DNA of 32,000 bases. It comes from Candidatus Iainarchaeum sp. Lineage in GTDB: Archaea; Iainarchaeota; Iainarchaeia; Iainarchaeales; CSSED10-239. Both the position numbers and the translations under genes were made by a program. The stretch spans positions 396,418 through 428,417 of the forward strand of contig JBBISB010000001.1 in the NCBI GenBank assembly GCA_037441475.1, in the 5' to 3' direction. Positions 9,142 to 17,734 of the stretch are shown here, one piece after another. The notes below the pieces were generated by a model. That model had not been told where the DNA came from. It saw only the letters and a program-made list of their open reading frames with translations, and made no database searches. Position 1 is the stretch's first letter. Every line of letters starts with the position of its first letter.

Positions 9142-9681
9142 CTATTCCATACCTTGCTCATCGTTTAAAAGATCTATTAAAACATCAATTTCATTTTTCT
9201 CTTTATAGACAGGAAATGCTAAATAAAAGATTGAGGATTTTTTTATAAAGTCATAGTAGTTAGGAATTTTATAAACATACTTGTCTCTTAGGTTATTATG
9301 AAAGGACTCAATGCTTTTTGATAAGAAAGAAACTGAAACATTAAAATCTCCATCTGATATTACTTGAGAGGCTGAAAGAACATTTTTGTCTTTTGAAAGA
9401 ATATCTAAAAAACTCTTTTGTTTTTCCTTTAAAGATAAATCCATTTGAAAGTAAGAAGAGGACTTAAGATTATAACCTGCAACCAATGGATCAAGTAAAG
9501 GTCTGTAACCAAGAATGAATTTTTCATTTTCTAAAAAGTCAATAGAGGACTTGATTGTGGCTCTATGAAACCCAGTTATTTTTTTAATATGCCTTATGTT
9601 AGGAACAACTGAGCCTTTTTTTGTCATTGCAGAAAGGATCTTAACCCTTATTGAATCGTTTATTTTCTTTACAACAGCCAT
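9142..9681 (-). CDS. Winged-helix DNA-binding protein, possibly Lrp/AsnC-like
   Basis: NDSIRVKILSAMTKKGSVVPNIRHIKKITGFHRATIKSSIDFLENEKFILGYRPLL looks like an HTH followed by an effector-like domain. Confidence 0.55.
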   Translation of the reverse strand: MAVVKKINDSIRVKILSAMTKKGSVVPNIRHIKKITGFHRATIKSSIDFLENEKFILGYRPLLDPLVAGYNLKSSSYFQMDLSLKEKQKSFLDILSKDKNVLSASQVISDGDFNVSVSFLSKSIESFHNNLRDKYVYKIPNYYDFIKKSSIFYLAFPVYKEKNEIDVLIDLLNDEQGME

Positions 9682-9858
9682 ATCTAATCAATATAAATAT
9701 AATTTAAAACATATTAAAAAGGTTGTTGTTGTACCAAAAAGCACAAGTTTAAGGAGAAGAAAGGTTTTCGCTTAAAACAAATATATTTATATGCATTTCT
9801 AATAGTATATTATATTACAAACAACTAATTTTTTAAAAACTTTAAAAAATGAAAATTT

Positions 9859-10062
9859 ATGGAAAAACTAACTAAGTACGAAGTAACAAGGATATTGTCT
9901 GCTAGAGCAGAACAAATAGCATGTGGAGCACCTCCTCTTGTAAAAGGAGTTAAGGAAGATACTGCTTATGATCTTGCAGAGAAAGAATACTTTAAAAAAA
10001 CAATACCTTTAGCTGTAATTAGGACTATAAATGGAAAAAGAGAAATTATAAGTGTGAATTAA
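9859..10062 (+). CDS. rpoK: DNA-directed RNA polymerase subunit K (Rpb6/omega homolog)
   Basis: LTKYEVTRILSARAEQIACGAPPLV...LAEKEYFKKTIPLAVIR matches archaeal RpoK. Confidence 0.93.
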   Translation: MEKLTKYEVTRILSARAEQIACGAPPLVKGVKEDTAYDLAEKEYFKKTIPLAVIRTINGKREIISVN

Positions 10063-10064
10063 TT

Positions 10065-10334
10065 ATGGGAAAAGCAGTATCAAATAGTATTAAAGCAAAA
10101 GCAAAAATTGTAATGACAGAGTTTAGTGATAAAGTTGGAACTGAATTTGAAACTAATAAAAACTTTTTAAAAAATATGAAGCTTCCATTATCAAAGTTAA
10201 CTATTAACTTAATGGCTGGTTACATGACAAGAACTCTTAAAAGAGAGTTAAAAGAAAAAGAAATGCTTGCTCAAAAAATGGATATTTCTAAAACTCCAAT
10301 GAAGAAAGCAAAAGATTCTGAAATACACGGTTAA
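10065..10334 (+). CDS. rps17e: 30S ribosomal protein S17e (eS17)
   Basis: MGKAVSNSIKAKAKIVMTEFSDKVGTEFETNKNFL...LSKLTINLMAGYMTRTLKRE matches the S17e pattern (FETNK, IAGYxTxLxKR). Confidence 0.85.
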   Translation: MGKAVSNSIKAKAKIVMTEFSDKVGTEFETNKNFLKNMKLPLSKLTINLMAGYMTRTLKRELKEKEMLAQKMDISKTPMKKAKDSEIHG

Positions 10335-10375
10335 ATTTTCTAACCTTTTATTACTTTTTTATTAAAAAATATATT

Positions 10376-11404
10376 TTAAAAAACCTTATATCTTAAGACA
10401 CTAATTATCCCACCAAAAGAATTTAAGGTTTTTAAAACATCTTCATGTCCTTGATCTACTATATAGACCTTAGTCTTAAGTTTTTCTGCAAACTTAATTA
10501 AAGATTGAACCTTATCTATGTCTTTTGTCAATAAGGTGTAAGAAACCATTACAAAATCACAAGCCCCTGTTTCTAAAATTTTTAAAACCTCATCATAACC
10601 ATAAACAGAAAGATTACTATCTTTTCCAAGATTTTCTTTAAACCTGTCAAGCATTTTTTTTTCCTTATAGATTATTGAATTTTCAAAAAACTTTAAAACT
10701 TCTTTTTTTGTTAAAAGTTCGTTTACTGCAGATTTAGAGGTGTTTGATATGTTTAGGACTATTGAGGACAATCTATATCTTTCTTTTAAATATTTTGCAA
10801 AAAGATCTTTTGTTCCTCCTGGCCCTGCAACTATTAATTGATCCTTAGATTTAGAGATTATACTATAAAGTTCTTCAAAAAAAGGAGAAAAATCAAAAGA
10901 TTGATTGTATCTTTTACCGTGCTTACCTGATTTTATGGACGCTATGTTTCTATTTTCTATACCTGAAAGAATAAATACTTCAGCTAAGTCATCATCTAAG
11001 ACAATGATGTTTATTTTATTTTCCATGCTGTTTGAGTTTTTTAAAAGATCAACTTGATATTCAAAAATTTCTTTTTTAGAGAGTGTATATTTACTACCAA
11101 ATATAACCTCTATTGTGTGATACTCGCCAACAGGAGCAAGCTCTTGTGGTTTTGAATCTACAATCTTTCCTGTAAACCTTAAGGAACTTAAGGAAGAAGA
11201 ATAATCTTGTTTTTCAATGGAGATTTCAACAAAGACAAGTTTTCTATCACTCTCTCCTGTCTGGTCATTTTTAAGACGCCTATAAGAGCTTCCTTTAATA
11301 ACATCCCCTGGCTGGGTAATAGACTTAATGATCCAGAGATCCTCTATTGTATGCGCTATAAAAGAAATCTCTTTTGCTTTAAAGTCTATTTTTAGAATAT
11401 TCAT
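10376..11404 (-). CDS. pelA: mRNA surveillance protein Pelota (Dom34)
   Basis: Central domain VIVLDDDLAEVFIL and IVAGPGGTKDLFAKYL, plus a Pelota-like N-terminal Sm-like domain (DLWIIKSITQPGDVI...YHTIEV). Confidence 0.88.
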   Translation of the reverse strand: MNILKIDFKAKEISFIAHTIEDLWIIKSITQPGDVIKGSSYRRLKNDQTGESDRKLVFVEISIEKQDYSSSLSSLRFTGKIVDSKPQELAPVGEYHTIEVIFGSKYTLSKKEIFEYQVDLLKNSNSMENKINIIVLDDDLAEVFILSGIENRNIASIKSGKHGKRYNQSFDFSPFFEELYSIISKSKDQLIVAGPGGTKDLFAKYLKERYRLSSIVLNISNTSKSAVNELLTKKEVLKFFENSIIYKEKKMLDRFKENLGKDSNLSVYGYDEVLKILETGACDFVMVSYTLLTKDIDKVQSLIKFAEKLKTKVYIVDQGHEDVLKTLNSFGGIISVLRYKVF

Positions 11405-11410
11405 AAGTAA

Positions 11411-12931
11411 TCATTTTTTAAGAAGGGATGGGTGCATGTCCCTTGGTATTTTTTCATTTAAGATGTCAAGTATTGTTGGTGCAATGTTTGCAAGAGAAGG
11501 GTTTTTAATATTCTTTTTCAAAGAATGTTTTTCTGAAACTAAGATGAAAGGAACCTTGCTTAAGCTATGTGCTGTGCTTATTGATTTATCAGGGTACATC
11601 ATCTCATCACAGTTACCATGATCAGCTGTTACTATGACTGTTGTGTTTTTATCAACAGTTTTTAAAATATCAGAGATTGCTTTATCCATAGTTTCAATGG
11701 AAGAGACTGCTGCGTTTATGTTACCAGTATGTCCAACCATATCTCCATTTGCAAAATTAATTACCATTAACTTATAATCTTTTTTTATAGCAGGTAAAAT
11801 CTTTTTCATTAGATCAAGTAAAGACATTTCTGGTTTTTGATCATAGGTTCTTACCTTTGGTGAAGGGACAAGGATTCTATCTTCGTTTTTATTAGGTGTT
11901 TCTTGTCCTTGGTTAAAGAAGTAAGTCACATGTGCGTATTTCTCAGTCTCTGCTGCTCTTAACTGCTTATAACCTAGCTTTGAGACGATTTGCCCAAGGC
12001 CTGTAGCTGGTTTTAGAGGTGGAAAAATAACATCTACATTTTTAAAAGATTTATCATACTCTGTAAATGTGAAAAAATTAACATCAACTTTCTTTCTTTT
12101 AAAAGAAGTAAATGTTTTGTTTACAAAAGCACTAGTTAAGGCTCTTGCTCTATCACTTCTGAAGTTATAGAAGATGACTGTGTCTTTGTTTTTTATAATT
12201 CCTTCTTTTAAAAAAAGAGTAGGTTCTAAAAATTCATCAGTAACTCCTTTCTTATAACTTTTTTTTATAAAAACAGCTTTGCTATCATCTATGTTTCCTT
12301 TACCTTCAACCATCAAGGAATAAGCTTTTTCTATTCTCTCCCATTTATGATCTCTGTCCATGGCATAGAATCTTCCTGAGATTGAAGCTATTTCAACAAC
12401 ATCTAAAAGTTGTTTTCTTGTAATCTGTTCTTTTAATTTTGAAATATAGTTAAGAAGTGTTCTTGGTGGAGTGTCACGCCCATCCCCTAAAACATGGATG
12501 TATACTTTTTTTAGTTTCTTTTCTTTTACCATGTCAAGAAGAGAAAAAAGATGATTGATGTGAGAGTGGATACCACCATCACTTAAAAGACCTATTAAAT
12601 GAAGAGCATTATCTTTTTTAACTTTTGAAAATGCTTTTTGTAAGGTTCTATTTTTGAAAAAAGATTTATCTTTAATTGCTTTATTAATTCTCATTAGATC
12701 TGAAGAAATTATTTTTCCTGCACCAATGGTTAAGTGTCCAATCTCTGAACCTCCAATCTGCCCTTTTGAAAGACCAACATACTCTTCACTAGCCCCTAGT
12801 TCCATGTAAGGGTATTTCTGTATTAAAGTATCAAGAGTTTTTGTTTTAGCTAAGAAAGCTGCGTTTCCAGAATACTCTTTATTTATTCCAACACCATCTA
12901 ATATCAATAATAAAACTTTTTCTTTATTCAT
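11411..12931 (-). CDS. gpmI: 2,3-bisphosphoglycerate-independent phosphoglycerate mutase
   Basis: LLLILDGVGINKEYSGNA, GGSEIGHLTIGAG, DRDHKWERIEKAY, NFANGDMVGHTGN, TADHGNCDEM. Start chosen at the Met before NKEKVLLLILDG rather than the ORF-track Met at 13009. Confidence 0.93.
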   Translation of the reverse strand: MNKEKVLLLILDGVGINKEYSGNAAFLAKTKTLDTLIQKYPYMELGASEEYVGLSKGQIGGSEIGHLTIGAGKIISSDLMRINKAIKDKSFFKNRTLQKAFSKVKKDNALHLIGLLSDGGIHSHINHLFSLLDMVKEKKLKKVYIHVLGDGRDTPPRTLLNYISKLKEQITRKQLLDVVEIASISGRFYAMDRDHKWERIEKAYSLMVEGKGNIDDSKAVFIKKSYKKGVTDEFLEPTLFLKEGIIKNKDTVIFYNFRSDRARALTSAFVNKTFTSFKRKKVDVNFFTFTEYDKSFKNVDVIFPPLKPATGLGQIVSKLGYKQLRAAETEKYAHVTYFFNQGQETPNKNEDRILVPSPKVRTYDQKPEMSLLDLMKKILPAIKKDYKLMVINFANGDMVGHTGNINAAVSSIETMDKAISDILKTVDKNTTVIVTADHGNCDEMMYPDKSISTAHSLSKVPFILVSEKHSLKKNIKNPSLANIAPTILDILNEKIPRDMHPSLLKK

Positions 12932-13919
12932 TTGTTTTTTCACCTTTTTTAATATTTTTAAATAATTGAAAGGGATGTTTTGTTTTACAGTCTGTAACAC
13001 ATAGGCCATTGCTTTTTAGAGTATCACAGTTTGGAACAGCATACTTCTTTTCTAAAATCTTCTTTATCTGGTAGCCTGCTATTTTTTCATCATAGTTAGG
13101 AGAGTTTTTAAAAGAAAATAAAATTTCATCATAACTGTAACCTATGTTTGCTAAGAAAACTGCAATATTAAAGTTTTCAATATGTGTAAGCTTCTCTCCG
13201 CCCATTAACTTGTTGTACATCTTTAGAAAGCAGGGAGGAAAGGTGTTAACTTCTGGTTTATTAATAATTTTTATTTCAAAGATATTATCTTGGATAACCT
13301 TTTTTTTAATATACTCTCCATACTCTAAGAAAAGCTTAGGAAGTTCCTTCTTTTCAAGATCTATGTTCTTTAAGATCCTTTTTTTTAAAACCACAGAAAG
13401 TAGATCAATAATTTCTGATTTTGAAAAATAAACATTTCCGTCTTCAAGCCTGGAGTATTGAAGCTTAAAGTTGTCTGTAAGTTCTAAGGAAAGATACTCT
13501 ATTAATGATAAAAAATATCTTTCTGTTTTTTCATCATACTTAATATCTTTACAGATATCTGTTTGTATGTTTAGAAACTCTTCTTTATCGTTTAATTGTT
13601 TTAAATAATAACTTAACTGTTTTTGATAGTATTCTCCAAACCTTTGATAAAGAGGGTTGTAATCAACTACATTTAAGAGTAGACGTGAGATTGGGTAAAG
13701 TGTTGCAAACATTTTTGCTATTCTTTCATCATCTATCCTTAGATATTCCTTCCATTGTTTTTCATTTTCTACTGTTTCTTGAGAAACTGTTTTAAGAATA
13801 AACAAGGTTGCTTTTTTAATAGTCTCTTCGTTTATAGAAAATAAATCTATATTTTTTGTTTCTAAATATTCTTTTGCTTTATTTGAGAAAGGATATTTGA
13901 TAATATAGTTGTAAGACAT
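12924..13919 (-). CDS. priL: DNA primase large subunit PriL
   Basis: C-terminal Fe-S region: FPPCFLKMY..., ENFNIAVFLANIGYSYDEI, YQIKKILEKKYAVPNCDTLKSNGLCVTDCKTKHPFQ. Start chosen at MSYNYIIKYPF; the ORF track extends to 13955. Confidence 0.88.
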   Translation of the reverse strand: MSYNYIIKYPFSNKAKEYLETKNIDLFSINEETIKKATLFILKTVSQETVENEKQWKEYLRIDDERIAKMFATLYPISRLLLNVVDYNPLYQRFGEYYQKQLSYYLKQLNDKEEFLNIQTDICKDIKYDEKTERYFLSLIEYLSLELTDNFKLQYSRLEDGNVYFSKSEIIDLLSVVLKKRILKNIDLEKKELPKLFLEYGEYIKKKVIQDNIFEIKIINKPEVNTFPPCFLKMYNKLMGGEKLTHIENFNIAVFLANIGYSYDEILFSFKNSPNYDEKIAGYQIKKILEKKYAVPNCDTLKSNGLCVTDCKTKHPFQLFKNIKKGEKTNE

Positions 13920-13964
13920 AAATATATATAGTAGATGAAAAGAAATAAAAAACAACTATATTCA

Positions 13965-14819
13965 TTAGAAGAAATAAGTTGTTTCAATTAAAGCACCGAT
14001 TATCAAACAAATCACTGCAAATAAAAACAAATATAAAAAATCCCTTGTTGCATGCCACTTGAAAGGAGTTTCAAAAACACCTTTAAAAAGATCTCTTGCA
14101 AAAATAGCACCCGCAACAGATGCTACAAAATAAGCTAAGACTTCAAAAAAACCATGAGGTACAAAACCTAAAAAAGCAATGAAACCATGCTTAGAACCCA
14201 TTATAGCAGCGTTTACACCAGCATGATAAACAGCAGAAGAAATATAATTAATAATCATAACAGAAAGTAAAGATGCATTCCAAGCTATTAAAAATAAACC
14301 TCCAGCACCATAAAAGAAAGAAAGAATAATTGCAGCCATCACCACTAAAAAATTATTTTTAAATATCAAACCAAAGATACTATTAAACCTATCTGTAGAA
14401 ACATCACTTAATGAAAAATTACCAGTAATTGTGTTTCTTACTTCAGAAACTCTTTCAAGCTCCTCAAACTGAGCAGTCAAAAGATTATTTGAAACCTCTT
14501 CACTTAAAACAAAGTAAGATGCAACAAAAGTAAACAGTATACCTAAGAAAAAGAAAAACAATAAAACAAATATTTGTTTATGTCTTACAAAAAAAGGCTT
14601 TGAGTAATTTGTAATATATGAATCATAGGAATAAAGTTTGTTAAACAAAGGAACAACACCTATTATTAGAAAAGTTAAAACCGCAATGCTCATGTATTTT
14701 CCTGGAAAAATAGTGCTTGCAAAGAAAATAGATAAAACAGTTAAGAGCATAGCCTCAAAAAACATAAGGTATGGCTTTTGCCTAAGTTTAAAACTATTTG
14801 TAATTAATTCCAGAACCAT
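13965..14819 (-). CDS. SpoIIM/DUF95-like integral membrane protein
   Basis: Multiple TM segments; GVNAAIMGSKHGFIAFLGFVPHGFFEVLAYFVASVAGA matches the SpoIIM-family GxxPHGxxE signature. Confidence 0.82.
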   Translation of the reverse strand: MVLELITNSFKLRQKPYLMFFEAMLLTVLSIFFASTIFPGKYMSIAVLTFLIIGVVPLFNKLYSYDSYITNYSKPFFVRHKQIFVLLFFFFLGILFTFVASYFVLSEEVSNNLLTAQFEELERVSEVRNTITGNFSLSDVSTDRFNSIFGLIFKNNFLVVMAAIILSFFYGAGGLFLIAWNASLLSVMIINYISSAVYHAGVNAAIMGSKHGFIAFLGFVPHGFFEVLAYFVASVAGAIFARDLFKGVFETPFKWHATRDFLYLFLFAVICLIIGALIETTYFF

Positions 14820-14883
14820 ACAAAATTACATAAGGAAACAATATAAAAATATTTCTAATTATATAATATATATTATTATTGCT

Positions 14884-14908
14884 TATTTTAATAATTATTT
14901 TAATAATT
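14884..14908. repeat. Short tandem repeat, 12-nt unit TATTTTAATAAT, two copies plus T
   Basis: Direct reading: TATTTTAATAATTATTTTAATAATT in the divergent intergenic region. Confidence 0.75.
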
Positions 14909-14935
14909 AACTGTAAAATAAAGATGTGATTTAAA

Positions 14936-15358
14936 TTGATTTCTAAAGAAAAAGATGTACAAAAAATACTAGCAAACATACCTAAGAAAAGAGCCTTGGA
15001 TGAAGGAGATACAGTTATAGGTGTGATTGTTCAAACAACAGACAAAATAGCAATTGTAAATATTGATTATAAGACACAAAATGTTTTAAGCCCATCAGCA
15101 ACCGGTATACTTTTTATAAAAAACGTCTCCTCTGATTATGTTGAGAAGATGGGGGATATTGTAAGGATAGGGGACATCATTAAGGCAAAGATAAACGAGA
15201 AAGATAAGTTTGGTTTTAAACTTACCATAAATGAACCTGAGCTTGGTGTAATAAGAGCTAACTGCTTTAAATGTAAGACAGAACTTAACCTTTCTGAAAG
15301 CCCAATCAGGTGCTTAAAATGTAACACCATAAATACTAAAAAAATAGGAAAAATGTGA
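14936..15358 (+). CDS. csl4: Exosome subunit Csl4-like (S1 domain + zinc ribbon), apparently without the N-terminal domain
   Basis: LDEGDTVIGVIVQTTDKIAIVNI...GDIIKAKI, then CFKC-x14-CLKC zinc ribbon. TTG start; next gene is rpoL, a common archaeal neighbour. Confidence 0.85.
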   Translation: MISKEKDVQKILANIPKKRALDEGDTVIGVIVQTTDKIAIVNIDYKTQNVLSPSATGILFIKNVSSDYVEKMGDIVRIGDIIKAKINEKDKFGFKLTINEPELGVIRANCFKCKTELNLSESPIRCLKCNTINTKKIGKM

Positions 15359-15365
15359 AATAAAT

Positions 15366-15644
15366 ATGGATTTTGAATTTATAAAAAAAGAAAAAAATGA
15401 AATTGAAATTAAGATAATAAACGAAGACTCTTCTTTTTTCTATCTTTTAGAAAATATTGCAAGCTCTAAAAGAGAGGTTGAGTTTGTGGCTTTAAAGAAA
15501 GGGGATCACTTAACAAAAGATTTTACTTTCTATTTAAGAACAAAAGATAAAGCGGCTAAAGATGTTCTTTTAGAATGTATTTCAGAAGCAGAAGAAACTG
15601 TTTTAGCAATTATAAATAACCTTGAAAAGATCACACAAGATTAA
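15366..15644 (+). CDS. rpoL: DNA-directed RNA polymerase subunit L (Rpb11-like)
   Basis: FIKKEKNEIEIKIINEDSSFFYLLENIA...VEFVALKKGDHLTKDFTFYLRTKDK matches archaeal RpoL; next to csl4. Confidence 0.85.
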   Translation: MDFEFIKKEKNEIEIKIINEDSSFFYLLENIASSKREVEFVALKKGDHLTKDFTFYLRTKDKAAKDVLLECISEAEETVLAIINNLEKITQD

Positions 15645-15656
15645 TGGGTTTTTAAA

Positions 15657-16364
15657 ATGAAAATAAAAGAAAAAGTTAAGTATCTTGACCCATACCTTTA
15701 TGTGGACCTTTTTCTTTTAAAAGTTTTTGGAAAAGATAAAAAACTTGAAACTAAAATTATTTACTGGATAGTTTATCTTTTATACTCCCTTCTTCTTGCT
15801 TTTATTATCTTTAAACTACTTGGGGTTATTTTAGGAACCTCACTTCCACTTGCAACAGTTGTTTCTGGGTCAATGGAGCCTTCTTTCTATAGAGGGGACA
15901 TCATGGTTATTAAGGGTGCAAAAAACCTAAAAGCAGAAACGATAACTATTGATGAGGAAATTAAAACTAAAAACCTCTCTGACTTTTCTAAAATGGAATA
16001 TTCTAGAAATGAGTATGGTTTAAATGAGGTTGAAAAAATAATTATTAATAACCAAGAGATTGTTATTAAAGATGCCATTACAAACAACAACTCTGTTGTT
16101 GTGTACAGATCAAATCTTACAGGAAGAGATATCATCCACAGAGTGGTTTTAATCATTGATGCAAAGGATGGAAAATTTGTTTTAACAAAAGGAGATAATG
16201 GAGAAACAAACTACATTATTGATCAAGACTGTACAATAAGTGGAAACTACATTATTAATGGTTGCCTTCATGTTTACCCTATTGAGACAAAAGATCTTCT
16301 TGGAAAAAAATTATTTAGAATACCTTACGTAGGTTACTTGAAACTATTTTTATTTAGAGGATAG
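15657..16364 (+). CDS. Signal peptidase I (archaeal/ER type)
   Basis: VVSGSMEPSFYRGDIMVI (Ser box B), DIIHRVV (His box), LTKGDN box; N- and C-terminal hydrophobic regions. Confidence 0.92.
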   Translation: MKIKEKVKYLDPYLYVDLFLLKVFGKDKKLETKIIYWIVYLLYSLLLAFIIFKLLGVILGTSLPLATVVSGSMEPSFYRGDIMVIKGAKNLKAETITIDEEIKTKNLSDFSKMEYSRNEYGLNEVEKIIINNQEIVIKDAITNNNSVVVYRSNLTGRDIIHRVVLIIDAKDGKFVLTKGDNGETNYIIDQDCTISGNYIINGCLHVYPIETKDLLGKKLFRIPYVGYLKLFLFRG

Positions 16365-16393
16365 ATATTTATTTTTTTAAAAAAAAGTAAACA

Positions 16394-17608
16394 TTAAGCA
16401 TTAAACTCTGTTTTTAAAAGTTCCTTGATACTGTTTGAATCAACACCTAACTTTATTAAAGTGGTATTTCCTTTAACACCCTTTCCTGACTGAGTGGTTG
16501 AAATAAAACCATATGTCTCAAGTTCATTGATATACTCTCTAAACCATCTCATAGAGACTGGTTTTTCCCCATACTTCTGAGACAAGATATTATAGGAGTC
16601 ATACACCTCTCCAGAGTATAAGACATTCTCATCAAAGGAGCCATCTATCTTTAAAATTCCTTTTGGAGAATCTGATTTTTCAGTAATTGCTAAAAGAACT
16701 AACTGTAACTGCACAGGCAAGGTTAAAACCATGCTGCTTATAATCTCATGCTCAACTTTATCTTTAGCTAAAACAACTTCCTTATCTGTTACAAAATCCC
16801 CTTTATTCATGTCAGAGATTTCTCCAGCTTTCAAAAGAAGCATTAAAGCAGTTCTTGCATCCCCAGATTCCTTGGCAGCCATAGCTGATGCAGCATTAAT
16901 TGCAGACTCTTGAACAGCCCCTTCCTTAAAGGCAAGGTGCACCCTTTGTTTTAAGATTTCTTTTAGTTCCTCTGCATTATAAGGGGGGTATACAGCCTCT
17001 TGTTCACATAAAGAACTTTTTGTTCTAGGATCAAGTCTTGACATGAAAAAAAGATTGTTTGATATCCCTATCATTGAAACACTTGAACCAACCCCAAGTT
17101 CATCATTACTTCTTGAAAGAGCATATATTAAATCATCAATCTCTCTATCTTTTATTTTATCAATCTCATCTAAAATAACAACAAAATTAAGTTTATTTTC
17201 TTTTAAAAAAGTAATAAACTTATCGTATATAAAAGACTTTGAGTAACCTACAAAGTTCTTGTCAGGGTAGAAGGCCTGAACACAGTAAAAAAGAATAGCA
17301 TGCTTTGTTTGATAGTTTCTACAGTTTAGGTATAAGGTGTAAAGACATAACTTGTTCTCTTGAGAGATGGTGTCAAGCTGATTTACAACATGCCTTACAG
17401 CAGAGGTCTTTCCTGTACCCACCTTACCATAAATAAAAATATTATGTGGTTTTTCTTTTTTAAGAGCTGGAGAGAGCCAAAGAGAAAGCTCTTTTATCTG
17501 TTCATCTCTGAAAGGTAACTTATCAGGAACATAATGTGGTGATATCTTATTTTTATTGATAAATACAGAGCCTTTATTTAAATATTCATAGAAAATATTA
17601 TCACTCAT
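16394..17608 (-). CDS. cdc6: Orc1/Cdc6 replication initiator
   Basis: IFIYGKVGTGKTSAVRHV (Walker A), FVVILDEIDKI (Walker B), C-terminal winged-helix region. Confidence 0.93.
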   Translation of the reverse strand: MSDNIFYEYLNKGSVFINKNKISPHYVPDKLPFRDEQIKELSLWLSPALKKEKPHNIFIYGKVGTGKTSAVRHVVNQLDTISQENKLCLYTLYLNCRNYQTKHAILFYCVQAFYPDKNFVGYSKSFIYDKFITFLKENKLNFVVILDEIDKIKDREIDDLIYALSRSNDELGVGSSVSMIGISNNLFFMSRLDPRTKSSLCEQEAVYPPYNAEELKEILKQRVHLAFKEGAVQESAINAASAMAAKESGDARTALMLLLKAGEISDMNKGDFVTDKEVVLAKDKVEHEIISSMVLTLPVQLQLVLLAITEKSDSPKGILKIDGSFDENVLYSGEVYDSYNILSQKYGEKPVSMRWFREYINELETYGFISTTQSGKGVKGNTTLIKLGVDSNSIKELLKTEFNA

Positions 17609-17734
17609 AATATATTTTATACTAAAATGGTTTTTTATAGCTTTTTGTTTCTAAAAAAAAACATTTATTCAAATATACATTGCTATTTTAACAAATTTAG
17701 ATAAAATTATTTGATTTAATGTAAATTAGTTATT

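Noticed and set aside
11207-11621. + strand ORFs across the pelA/gpmI junction
   Set aside because: Antisense to two recognised genes and no recognisable protein features.
12932-13009. 26-residue N-terminal extension of GpmI in the ORF track
   Set aside because: The segment overlaps the conserved PriL C-terminal coding region, and GpmI homologs begin near the LLLILDG motif.
14794-14979. 61 aa - strand ORF upstream of the SpoIIM-like gene
   Set aside because: Isoleucine/asparagine-rich translation of very AT-rich intergenic DNA; overlaps promoter-like sequence and the csl4 start.
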